Source: the human T2T-CHM13v2.0 reference genome, Homo sapiens. From it: 64,000 nt of DNA. A model generated the notes under the pieces. The model saw only the letters and a program-made list of their open reading frames with translations, had not been told where the DNA came from and searched no databases. Both the position numbers and the translations under genes were made by a program. Where the stretch lies: NCBI RefSeq assembly GCF_009914755.1, contig NC_060942.1; one strand, 5' to 3'. Positions 39,132-52,363 of the stretch are shown here, in pieces (position 1 is the stretch's first letter; the number at the start of each line of letters is the position of its first letter).

Positions 39132-41166
39132 CATTCTCAGAAACTTACTCGTGATGTGTATCCTCAACTAAAGGAGTAGAACCTTTCTTTTCATAGAGAA
39201 GTTTTGAAACGCTCTTTTTGTGGAATCTGCAAGTGGATATTTGGCTAGTTTTGAGGATTTCGTTGGAAGCGGGAATTCATACAAATTGCAGACTGCAGCG
39301 TTCTGAGAAACATCTTTGTGATGTTTGTATTCAGGACACAGAGTTGAACATTCCCTATCATAGAGCAGGTTTGAATCACTCCTTTTGTAGTATCTGGAAG
39401 TGGACATTTGGAGCGCTTTCAGGCCTATGTTGGAAAAGGAAATATCTTCCCATAACAACTAGACAGAAGCATTCTCAGAAACTTATTTGAGATGTGTGTA
39501 CTCAACTAAGAGAATTGAACCACCGTTTTGAAGGAGCAGTTTTGAAACACTCTTTTTCTGGAATCTGCAAGTGGATATTTGGCTAGCTTTGGGGATTTCG
39601 CTGGAAGCGGGAATACATATAAAAAGCACACAGCAGCGTTCTGAGAAACTGCTTTCTGATGTTTGCATTCAAGTCAAAAGTTGAACACTCCCTTTCATAG
39701 AGCAGTCCTGAAACACTCCTTTTGTAGTATCTGGAACTGGACTTTTGGAGCGCTTTCAGGGCTAAGGTGAAAAAGGAAATATCTTCCCATAAAAACTGGA
39801 CAGAAGCATTCTCAGAAACTTGTTTATGCTGTATCTACTCTACTAAAAAAGTTGAACCTTTCTTTTGATAGAGCAGTTTTGAAATGCTCTTTTTGTGGAA
39901 TCTGCAAGTGGATATTTGGCTAGATTTGAGGATTTCGTTGGAAGCTGGAATACATACAAATTGCAGACTGCAGCGTTCTGAGAAACATCTTTGTGATGTT
40001 TGTATTCAGGACACAGAGTTGAACATTCCCTATCATAGAGCAGGTTGGAATCACTCCTTTTGTAGTATCTGGAAGTGGACATTTGGAGCGCTTTCAGGCC
40101 TATGTTGAAAAAGGAAATATCTTCCCATAACAACTAGACACAAGCATTCTCAGAAACTTGTTTGTGATGTGTGCCCTCTACTGACAGAGTTGAACCTTTC
40201 TTTTCATAGAGCAGTTTTGAAACACTCTTTTTGTAGAATCTGCAAGAGGATATTTGCATAGCTTTGAGGATTTCGTGGGAAACGGGATTGTCTTCAGGTA
40301 AAATCTAGACAGAAGCATTCTCAGAAACTTCTTTGGGATGTTTGCATTCAAGTCACAGAGTAGAACATTCCCTTTGGTAGAGCAGGTTTGAAACACTCTT
40401 TTTGTAGTATCTGGAAGTGGACATTTGGAGCGCTTTCAGGCCTATGTTGGAAAGGGAAATATCTTCCCGTAACAACTAGGCAGAAGCATTCTCAGAAACT
40501 TATTTGAGATGTGTGTACTCAACTAAGAGAATTGAACCACCGTTTTGAAGGAGCAGTTTTGAAACACTCTTTTTCTGGAATCTGCAAGAGGATATTTGCC
40601 TAGCCTTGAGGATTTCGTTGGAAACGGGATTGTCTTCAGATCAAATCTAGACAGAAGCATTCTCAGAAACTTCTTTGGGATGTTTGCATTCAAGTCACAG
40701 AGTAGAACATTCCCTTTGGTAGAGCAGGTTTGAAACACTCTTTTTTTAGTATATGGAAGTGGACATTTGGAGCGCTTTCAGGCCTACGTTGGAAAAGGAA
40801 ATATCTTCCCATAACAACTAGACAGAAGCATTCTCAGAAACTAGTTTCTGATGTGTGTCCTCAACTAACACAGTTGAACATTTCTTTAGACAGAACAGTT
40901 TTGAAACACTCTTTTTGTGGTATCTGCAAGTGGCTATTTGGCTAGATTTGAGGATTTCGTTGGAAACGGGATTACATATAAAAAGCAGACAGCAGCATTC
41001 TCAGAAACTTCTTTGTGATGATTGCATTCAAGTCACAGTATTGAACATTCCCTTTCACAGAGCAGGTTTGAAACACTCTTTGTATAGTGTGTGTAAGTGG
41101 ACATTTGGAGCACTTTCCGGCCTAAGGTGAAAAAGGAAATATCTTCCCATAAAAACTAGACAGAAC

Positions 41167-42868
41167 CATTCTCAGAAACTTACTCGTGATGTGTGTCCTC
41201 AACTAAAGAAGTAGAACCTTTCTTTTCATAGAGAAGTTTTGAAACGCTCTTTTTGTGGAATCTGCAAGTGGATATTTGGCTAGTTTTGAGGATTTCGTTG
41301 GAAGCGGGAATTCATACAAATTGCAGACTGCAGCGTTCTGAGAAACATCTTTGTGATGTTTGTATTCAGGACACAGAGTGGAACATTCCCTATCATAGAG
41401 CAGGTTGGAATCACTCCTTTTGTAGTATCTGGAAGTGGACATTTGGAGCGCTTTCAGGCCTATGTTGAAAAAGGAAATATCTTCCCATAACAACTAGACA
41501 CAAGCATTCTCAGAAACTTGTTTGTGATGTGTGCCCTCTACTGACAGAGTTGAACCTTTCTTTTCATAGAGCAGTTTTGAAACACTGTTTTTGTAGAATC
41601 TGCAAGAGGATATTTGCATAGCTTTGAGGATTTCGTGGGAAACGGGATTGTCTTCAGGTAAAATCTAGACAGAAGCATTCTCAGAAACTTCTTTGGGATG
41701 TTTGCATTCAAGTCACAGAGTAGAACATTCCCTTTGGTAGAGCAGGTTTGAAACACTCTTTTTGTAGTATCTGGAAGTGGACATTTGGAGCGCTTTCAGG
41801 CCTATGTTGGAAAGGGAAATATCTTCCCGTAACAACTAGGCAGAAGCATTCTCAGAAACTTATTTGAGATGTGTGTACTCAACTAAGAGAATTGAACCAC
41901 CGGTTTGAAGGAGCAGTTTTGAAACACTCTTTTTCTGCAATCTGCAAGAGGATATTTGCCTAGCCTTGAGGATTTCGTTGGAAACGGGATTGTCTTCAGA
42001 TCAAATCTAGACAGAAGCATTCTCAGAAACTTCTTTGGGATGTTTGCATTCAAGTCACAGAGTAGAACATTCCCTTTGGTAGAGCAGGTTTGAAACACTC
42101 TTTTTTTAGTATATGGAAGTGGACATTTGGAGCGCTTTCAGGCCTACGTTGGAAAGGGAAATATCTTCCCGTAACAACTAGGCAGAAGCATTCTCAGAAA
42201 CTTATTTGAGATGTGTGTACTCAACTAAGAGAATTGAATCACCGTTTTGAAGGAGCAGTTTTGAAACACTCTTTTTCTGGAATCTGCAAGAGTATATTTG
42301 CCTAGCCTTGAGGATTTCGTTGGAAAAGGGATTGTCTTTAGATCAAATCTAGACAGAAGCATTCTCAGAAACTTCTTTGGGATGTTTGCATTCAAGTCAC
42401 AGAGTAGAACATTCCCTTTGGTAGAGCAGGTTTGAAACACTCTTTTTTTAGTATATGGAAGTGGACATTTGGAGCGCTTTCAGGCCTACGTTGGAAAAGG
42501 AAATATCTTCCCATAACAACTAGACAGAAGCATTCTCAGAAACTAGTTTCTGATGTGTGTCCTCAACTAACACAGTTGAACATTTCTTTAGACAGAACAG
42601 TTTTGAAACACTCTTTTTGTGGAATCTGCAAGTGGCTATTTGGCTAGATTTGAGGATTTCGTTGGAAACGGGATTACATATAAAAAGCAGACAGCAGCAT
42701 TCTCAGAAAGTTCTTTGTGATGATTGCATTCAAGTCACAGAATTGAACATTCCCTTTCACAGAGCAGGTTTGAAACACTCTTTTTGTAGTGTGTGTAAGT
42801 GGACATTTGGAGCACTTTCCGGCCTAAGGTGAAAAAGGAAATATCTTCCCATAAAAACTAGACAGAAG
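41167..42868 (+). repeat. Compound variant E/A hybrid-B-C-C-D (1702 bp)
   Basis: E goes to B with no F; two consecutive C dimers (ORFs 41883 and 42225, 342 bp apart); 1360+342=1702. Confidence 0.88.
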
Positions 42869-45800
42869 CATTCTCAGAAACTTACTCGTGATGTGTGTCC
42901 TCAACTAAAGGAGTAGAACCTTTCTTTTCATAGAGAAGTTTTGAAACGCTCTTTTTGTGGAATCTGCAAGTGGATATTTGGCTAGTTTGGAGGATTTCGT
43001 TGGAAGCGGGAATTCATACAAATTGCAGACTGCAGCGTTCTGAGAAACATCTTTGTGATGTTTGTATTCAGGACACAGAGTTGAACATTCCCTATCATAG
43101 AGCAGGTTTGAATCACTCCTTTTGTAGTATCTGGAAGTGGACATTTGGAGCGCTTTCAGGCCTATGTTGGAAAAGGAAATATCTTCCCATAACAACTAGA
43201 CAGAAGCATTCTCAGAAACTTATTTGAGATGTGTGTACTCAACTAAGAGAATTGAACCACCGTTTTGAAGGAGCAGTTTTGAAACACTCTTTTTCTGGAA
43301 TCTGCAAGTGGATATTTGGCTAGCTTTGGGGATTTCGCTGGAAGCGGGAATACATATAAAAAGCACACAGCAGCGTTCTGAGAAACTGCTTTCTGATGTT
43401 TGCATTCAAGTCAAAAGTTGAACACTCCCTTTCATAGAGCAGTCCTGAAACACTCCTTTTGTAGTATCTGGAACTGGACTTTTGGAGCGCTTTCAGGGCT
43501 AAGGTGAAAAAGGAAATATCTTCCCATAAAAACTGGACAGAAGCATTCTCAGAAACTTGTTTATGCTGTATCTACTCTACTAAAAAAGTTGAACCTTTCT
43601 TTTGATAGAGCAGTTTTGAAATGCTCTTTTTGTGGAATCTGCAAGTGGATATTTGGCTAGATTTGAGGATTTCGTTGGAAGCTGGAATACATACAAATTG
43701 CAGACTGCAGCGTTCTGAGAAACATCTTTGTGATGTTTGTATTCAGGACACAGAGTTGAACATTCCCTATCATAGAGCAGGTTGGAATCACTCCTTTTGT
43801 AGTATCTGGAAGTGGACATTTGGAGCGCTTTCAGGCCTATGTTGAAAAAGGAAATATCTTCCCATAACAACTAGACACAAGCATTCTCAGAAACTTGTTT
43901 GTGATGTGTGCCCTCTACTGACAGAGTTGAACCTTTCTTTTCATAGAGCAGTTTTGAAACACTGTTTTTGTAGAATCTGCAAGAGGATATTTGCATAGCT
44001 TTGAGGATTTCGTGGGAAACGGGATTGTCTTCAGGTAAAATCTAGACAGAAGCATTCTCAGAAACTTCTTTGGGATGTTTGCATTCAAGTCACAGAGTAG
44101 AACATTCCCTTTGGTAGAGCAGGTTTGAAACACTCTTTTTGTAGTATCTGGAAGTGGACATTTGGAGCGCTTTCAGGCCTATGTTGGAAAGGGAAATATC
44201 TTCCCGTAACAACTAGGCAGAAGCATTCTCAGAAACTTATTTGAGATGTGTGTACTCAACTAAGAGAATTGAACCACCGGTTTGAAGGAGCAGTTTTGAA
44301 ACACTCTTTTTCTGCAATCTGCAAGAGGATATTTGCCTAGCCTTGAGGATTTCGTTGGAAACGGGATTGTCTTCAGATCAAATCTAGACAGAAGCATTCT
44401 CAGAAACTTCTTTGGGATGTTTGCATTCAAGTCACAGAGTAGAACATTCCCTTTGGTAGAGCAGGTTTGAAACACTCTTTTTTTAGTATATGGAAGTGGA
44501 CATTTGGAGCGCTTTCAGGCCTACGTTGGAAAAGGAAATATCTTCCCATAACAACTAGACAGAAGCATTCTCAGAAACTAGTTTCTGATGTGTGTCCTCA
44601 ACTAACACAGTTGAACATTTCTTTAGACAGAACAGTTTTGAAACTCTCTTTTTGTGGAATCTGCAAGTGGCTATTTGGCTAGATTTGAGGATTTCGTTGG
44701 AAACGGGATTACATATAAAAAGCAGACAGCAGCATTCTCAGAAAGTTCTTTGTGATGATTGCATTCAAGTCACAGAATTGAACATTCCCTTTCACAGAGC
44801 AGGTTTGAAACACTCTTTTTATAGTGTGTGTAAGTGGACATTTGGAGCACTTTCCGGCCTAAGGTGAAAAAGGAAATATCTTCCCATAAAAACTAGACAG
44901 AAGCATTCTCAGAAACTTACTCGTGATGTGTGTCCTCAACTAAAGGAGTAGAACCTTTGTTTTCATAGAGAAGTTTTGAAACGCTCTTTTTGTGGAATCT
45001 GCAAGTGGATATTTGGCTAGTTTGGAGGATTTCGTTGGAAGCGGGAATTCATACAAATTGCAGACTGCAGCGTTCTGAGAAACATCTTTGTGATGTTTGT
45101 ATTCAGGACACAGAGTTGAACATTCCCTATCATAGAGCAGGTTGGAATCACTCCTTTTGTAGTATCTGGAAGTGGACATTTGGAGCGCTTTCAGGCCTAT
45201 GTTGGAAAAGGAAATATCTTCCCATAACAACTAGACAGAAGCATTCTCAGAAACTTATTTGAGATGTGTGTACTCAACTAAGAGAATTGAACCACCGTTT
45301 TAAAGGAGCAGTTTTGAAACACTCTTTTTCTGGAATCTGCAAGTGGATATTTGGCTAGCTTTGGGGATTTCGCTGGAAGCGGGAATACATATAAAAAGCA
45401 CACAGCAGCGTTCTGAGAAACTGCTTTCTGATGTTTGCATTCAAGTCAAAAGTTGAACACTCCCTTTCATAGAGCAGTCCTGAAACACTCCTTTTGTAGT
45501 ATCTGGAACTGGACTTTTGGAGCGCTTTCAGGGCTAAGGTGAAAAAGGAAATATCTTCCCATAAAAACTGGACAGAAGCATTCTCAGAAACTTGTTTATG
45601 CTGTATCTACTCAACTAACAAAGTTGAACATTTCTTTTGATAGAGCAGTTTTGAAATGCTCTTTTTGTGGAATCTGCAAGTGGATATTTGGCTAGTTTTG
45701 AGGATTTCGTTGGAAGCGGGAATTCATACAAATTGCAGACTGCAGCGTTCTGAGAAACATCTTTGTGATGTTTGTATTCAGGACAGAGAGTTGAACATTC

Positions 45801-46938
45801 CCTATCATAGAGCAGGTTGGAATCACTCCTTTTGTAGTATCTGGAAGTGGACATTTGGAGCGCTTTCAGGCCTATGTTGAAAAAGGAAATATCTTCCCAT
45901 AACAACTAGACACAAGCATTCTCAGAAACTTGTTTGTGATGTGTGCCCTCTACTGACAGAGTTGAACCTTTCTTTTCATAGAGCAGTTTTGAAACACTCT
46001 TTTTGTAGAATCTGCAAGAGGATATTTGCATAGCTTTGAGGATTACGTGGGAAACGGGATTGTCTTCAGGTAAAATCTAGACAGAAGCATTCTCAGAAAC
46101 TTCTTTGGGATGTTTGCATTCAAGTCACAGAGTAGAACATTCCCTTTGGTAGAGTAGGTTTGAAACACTCTTTTTGTAGTATTTGGAAGTGGACATTTGG
46201 AGCGCTTTCAGGCCTACGTTGGAAAGGGAAATATCTTCCCGTAACAACTAGGCAGAAGCATTCTCAGAAACTTATTTGAGATGTGTGTACTCAACTAAGA
46301 GAATTGAATCACCGTTTTGAAGGAGCAGTTTTGAAACACTCTTTTTCTGGAATCTGCAAGAGGATATTTGCCTAGCCTTGAGGATTTCGTTGGAAACGGG
46401 ATTGTCTTCAGATCAAATCTAGACAGAAGCATTCTCAGAAACTTCTTTGGGATGTTTGCATTCAAGTCACAGAGTAGAACATTCCCTTTGGTAGAGCAGG
46501 TTTGAAACACTCTTTTTTTAGTATATGGAAGTGTACATTTGGAGCGCTTTCAGGCCTACGTTGGAAAAGGAAATATCTTCCCATAACAACTAGACAGAAG
46601 CATTCTCAGAAACTAGTTTCTGATGTGTGTCCTCAACTAACACAGTTGAACATTTCTTTAGACAGAACAGTTTTGAAACACTCTTTTTGTGGAATCTGCA
46701 AGTGGCTATTTGGCTAGATTTGAGGATTTCGTTGGAAACGGGATTACATATAAAAAGCAGACAGCAGCATTCTCAGAAAGTTCTTTGTGATGATTGCATT
46801 CAAATCACAGAATTGAACATTCCTTTTCACAGAGGAGGTTTGAAACACTCTTTTTGTAGTGTGTGTAAGTGGACATTTGGAGCGCTTTCCGGCCTAAGGT
46901 GAAAAAGGAAATATCTTCCCATAAAAACTAGACAGAAG

Positions 46939-48293
46939 CATTCTCAGAAACTTACTCGTGATGTGTGTCCTCAACTAAAGGAGTAGAACCTTTCTATTCA
47001 TAGAGAAGTTTTGAAACGCTCTTTTTGTGGAATCTGCAAGTGGATATTTGGCTAGTTTTGAGGATTTCGTTGGAAGCGGGAATTCATACAAATTGCAGAC
47101 TGCAGCGTTCTGAGAAACATCTTTGTGATGTTTGTATTCAGGACACAGAGATGAACATTCCCTATCATAGAGCAGGTTGGAATCACTCCTTTTGTAGTAT
47201 CTGGGACATTTGGAGCGCTTTCAGGCCTATGTTGAAAAAGGAAATATCTTCCCATAACAACTAGACACAAGCATTCTCAGAAACTTGTTTGTGATGTGTG
47301 CCCTCTACTGACAGAGTTGAACCTTTCTTTTCATAGAGCAGTTTTGAAACACTCTTTTTGTAGAATCTGCAAGACGATATTTGCATAGCTTTGAGGATTT
47401 CGTGGGAAACCGGATTGTCTTCAGGTAAAATCTAGACAGAAGCATTCTCAGAAACTTCTTTGGGATGTTTGCATTCAAGTCACAGAGTAGAACATTCCCT
47501 TTGGTAGAGCAGGTTTGAAACACTCTTTTTGTAGTATCTGGAAGTGGACATTTGGAGCGCTTTCAGGCCCATGTTGGAAAGGGAAATATCTTCCCGTAAC
47601 AACTAGGCAGAAGCATTCTCAGAAACTTATTTGAGATGTGTGTACTCAACTAAGAGAATTGAACCACCGTTTTGAAGGAGCAGTTTTGAAACACTCTTTT
47701 TCTGGAATCTGCAAGAGTATATTTGCCTAGCCTTGAGGATTTCGTTGGAAACGGGATTGTCTTCAGATAAAATCTAGACAGAAGCATTCTCAGAAACTTC
47801 TTTGGGATGTTTGCATTCAAGTCACAGAGTAGAACATTCCCTTTGGTAGAGCAGGTTTGAAACACTCTTTTTTTAGTATATGGAAGTGGACATTTGGAGC
47901 GCTTTCAGGCCTACGTTGGAAAAGGAAATATCTTCCCATAACAACTAGACAGAAGCATTCTCAGAAACTAGTTTCTGATGTGTGTCCTCAACTAACACAG
48001 TTGTACATTTCTTTAGACAGAACAGTTTTGAAACACTCTTTTTGTGGAATCTGCAAGTGGCTATTTGGCTAGATTTGAGGATTTCGTTGGAAACGGGATT
48101 ACATATAAAAAGCAGACAGCAGCATTCTCAGAAAGTTCTTTGTGATGATTCCATTCAAGTCACAAAATTGAACATTCCCTTTCACAGAGCAGGTTTGAAA
48201 CACTCTTTTTGTAGTGTGTGTAAGTGGACATTTGGAGCACTTTCCGGCCTAAGGTGAAAAAGGAAATATCTTCCCATAAAAACTAGACAGAAG
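46939..48293 (+). repeat. 8-mer HOR variant (1355 bp), duplicate of 37777-39131
   Basis: Same 5-bp deletion at ~47203 and same SNVs at offset 9162. Confidence 0.9.
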
Positions 48294-50328
48294 CATTCTC
48301 AGAAACTTACTCGTGATGTGTGTCCTCAACTAAAGGAGTAGAACCTTTCTTTTCATAGAGAAGTTTTGAAACGCTCTTTTTGTGGAATCTGCAAGTGGAT
48401 ATTTGGCTAGTTTGGAGGATTTCGTTGGAAGCGGGAATTCATACAAATTGCAGACTGCAGCGTTCTGAGAAACATCTTTGTGATGTTTGTATTCAGGACA
48501 CAGAGTTGAACATTCCCTATCATAGAGCAGGTTTGAATCACTCCTTTTGTAGTATCTGGAAGTGGACATTTGGAGCGCTTTCAGGCCTATGTTGGAAAAG
48601 GAAATATCTTCCCATAACAACTAGACAGAAGCATTCTCAGAAACTTATTTGAGATGTGTGTACTCAACTAAGAGAATTGAACCACCGTTTTGAAGGAGCA
48701 GTTTTGAAACACTCTTTTTCTGGAATCTGCAAGTGGATATTTGGCTAGCTTTGGGGATTTCGCTGGAAGCGGGAATACATATAAAAAGCACACAGCAGCG
48801 TTCTGAGAAACTGCTTTCTGATGTTTGCATTCAAGTCAAAAGTTGAACACTCCCTTTCATAGAGCAGTCCTGAAACACTCCTTTTGTAGTATCTGGAACT
48901 GGACTTTTGGAGCGCTTTCAGGGCTAAGGTGAAAAAGGAAATATCTTCCCATAAAAACTGGACAGAAGCATTCTCAGAAACTTGTTTATGCTGTATCTAC
49001 TCTACTAAAAAAGTTGAACCTTTCTTTTGATAGAGCAGTTTTGAAATGCTCTTTTTGTGGAATCTGCAAGTGGATATTTGGCTAGATTTGAGGATTTCGT
49101 TGGAAGCTGGAATACATACAAATTGCAGACTGCAGCGTTCTGAGAAACATCTTTGTGATGTTTGTATTCAGGACACAGAGTTGAACATTCCCTATCATAG
49201 AGCAGGTTGGAATCACTCCTTTTGTAGTATCTGGAAGTGGACATTTGGAGCGCTTTCAGGCCTATGTTGAAAAAGGAAATATCTTCCCATAACAACTAGA
49301 CACAAGCATTCTCAGAAACTTGTTTGTGATGTGTGCCCTCTACTGACAGAGTTGAACCTTTCTTTTCATAGAGCAGTTTTGAAACACTCTTTTTGTAGAA
49401 TCTGCAAGAGGATATTTGCATAGCTTTGAGGATTTCGTGGGAAACGGGATTGTCTTCAGGTAAAATCTAGACAGAAGCATTCTCAGAAACTTCTTTGGGA
49501 TGTTTGCATTCAAGTCACAGAGTAGAACATTCCCTTTGGTAGAGCAGGTTTGAAACACTCTTTTTGTAGTATCTGGAAGTGGACATTTGGAGCGCTTTCA
49601 GGCCTATGTTGGAAAGGGAAATATCTTCCCGTAACAACTAGGCAGAAGCATTCTCAGAAACTTATTTGAGATGTGTGTACTCAACTAAGAGAATTGAACC
49701 ACCGTTTTGAAGGAGCAGTTTTGAAACACTCTTTTTCTGGAATCTGCAAGAGGATATTTGCCTAGCCTTGAGGATTTCGTTGGAAACGGGATTGTCTTCA
49801 GATCAAATCTAGACAGAAGCATTCTCAGAAACTTCTTTGGGATGTTTGCATTCAAGTCACAGAGTAGAACATTCCCTTTGGTAGAGCAGGTTTGAAACAC
49901 TCTTTTTTTAGTATATGGAAGTGGACATTTGGAGCGCTTTCAGGCCTACGTTGGAAAAGGAAATATCTTCCCATAACAACTAGACAGAAGCATTCTCAGA
50001 AACTAGTTTCTGATGTGTGTCCTCAACTAACACAGTTGAACATTTCTTTAGACAGAACAGTTTTGAAACACTCTTTTTGTGGTATCTGCAAGTGGCTATT
50101 TGGCTAGATTTGAGGATTTCGTTGGAAACGGGATTACATATAAAAAGCAGACAGCAGCATTCTCAGAAACTTCTTTGTGATGATTGCATTCAAGTCACAG
50201 TATTGAACATTCCCTTTCACAGAGCAGGTTTGAAACACTCTTTGTATAGTGTGTGTAAGTGGACATTTGGAGCACTTTCCGGCCTAAGGTGAAAAAGGAA
50301 ATATCTTCCCATAAAAACTAGACAGAAC

Positions 50329-51688
50329 CATTCTCAGAAACTTACTCGTGATGTGTGTCCTCAACTAAAGAAGTAGAACCTTTCTTTTCATAGAGAAGTT
50401 TTGAAACGCTCTTTTTGTGGAATCTGCAAGTGGATATTTGGCTAGTTTTGAGGATTTCGTTGGAAGCGGGAATTCATACAAATTGCAGACTGCAGCGTTC
50501 TGAGAAACATCTTTGTGATGTTTGTATTCAGGACACAGAGTGGAACATTCCCTATCATAGAGCAGGTTGGAATCACTCCTTTTGTAGTATCTGGAAGTGG
50601 ACATTTGGAGCGCTTTCAGGCCTATGTTGAAAAAGGAAATATCTTCCCATAACAACTAGACACAAGCATTCTCAGAAACTTGTTTGTGATGTGTGCCCTC
50701 TACTGACAGAGTTGAACCTTTCTTTTCATAGAGCAGTTTTGAAACACTGTTTTTGTAGAATCTGCAAGAGGATATTTGCATAGCTTTGAGGATTTCGTGG
50801 GAAACGGGATTGTCTTCAGGTAAAATCTAGACAGAAGCATTCTCAGAAACTTCTTTGGGATGTTTGCATTCAAGTCACAGAGTAGAACATTCCCTTTGGT
50901 AGAGCAGGTTTGAAACACTCTTTTTGTAGTATCTGGAAGTGGACATTTGGAGCGCTTTCAGGCCTATGTTGGAAAGGGAAATATCTTCCCGTAACAACTA
51001 GGCAGAAGCATTCTCAGAAACTTATTTGAGATGTGTGTACTCAACTAAGAGAATTGAACCACCGGTTTGAAGGAGCAGTTTTGAAACACTCTTTTTCTGC
51101 AATCTGCAAGAGGATATTTGCCTAGCCTTGAGGATTTCGTTGGAAACGGGATTGTCTTCAGATCAAATCTAGACAGAAGCATTCTCAGAAACTTCTTTGG
51201 GATGTTTGCATTCAAGTCACAGAGTAGAACATTCCCTTTGGTAGAGCAGGTTTGAAACACTCTTTTTTAAGTATATGGAAGTGGACATTTGGAGCGCTTT
51301 CAGGCCTACGTTGGAAAAGGAAATATCTTCCCATAACAACTAGACAGAAGCATTCTCAGAAACTAGTTTCTGATGTGTGTCCTCAACTAACACAGTTGAA
51401 CATTTCTTTAGACAGAACAGTTTTGAAACTCTCTTTTTGTGGAATCTGCAAGTGGCTATTTGGCTAGATTTGAGGATTTCGTTGGAAACGGGATTACATA
51501 TAAAAAGCAGACAGCAGCATTCTCAGAAAGTTCTTTGTGATGATTGCATTCAAGTCACAGAATTGAACATTCCCTTTCACAGAGCAGGTTTGAAACACTC
51601 TTTTTATAGTGTGTGTAAGTGGACATTTGGAGCACTTTCCGGCCTAAGGTGAAAAAGGAAATATCTTCCCATAAAAACTAGACAGAAG
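50329..51688 (+). repeat. 8-mer HOR variant (1360 bp), related to the unit at 41167
   Basis: E/A hybrid with gaaccatt, aaagaag and gagtggaac markers, followed by B-C-D. Confidence 0.9.
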
Positions 51689-52363
51689 CATTCTCAGAAA
51701 CTTACTCGTGATGTGTGTCCTCAACTAAAGGAGTAGAACCTTTGTTTTCATAGAGAAGTTTTGAAACGCTCTTTTTGTGGAATCTGCAAGTGGATATTTG
51801 GCTAGTTTGGAGGATTTCGTTGGAAGCGGGAATTCATACAAATTGCAGACTGCAGCGTTCTGAGAAACATCTTTGTGATGTTTGTATTCAGGACACAGAG
51901 TTGAACATTCCCTATCATAGAGCAGGTTTGAATCACTCCTTTTGTAGTATCTGGAAGTGGACATTTGGAGCGCTTTCAGGCCTATGTTGGAAAAGGAAAT
52001 ATCTTCCCATAACAACTAGACAGAAGCATTCTCAGAAACTTATTTGAGATGTGTGTACTCAACTAAGAGAATTGAACCACCGTTTTAAAGGAGCAGTTTT
52101 GAAACACTCTTTTTCTGGAATCTGCAAGTGGATATTTGGCTAGCTTTGGGGATTTCGCTGGAAGCGGGAATACATATAAAAAGCACACAGCAGCGTTCTG
52201 AGAAACTGCTTTCTGATGTTTGCATTCAAGTCAAAAGTTGAACACTCCCTTTCATAGAGCAGTCCTGAAACACTCCTTTTGTAGTATCTGGAACTGGACT
52301 TTTGGAGCGCTTTCAGGGCTAAGGTGAAAAAGGAAATATCTTCCCATAAAAACTGGACAGAAG

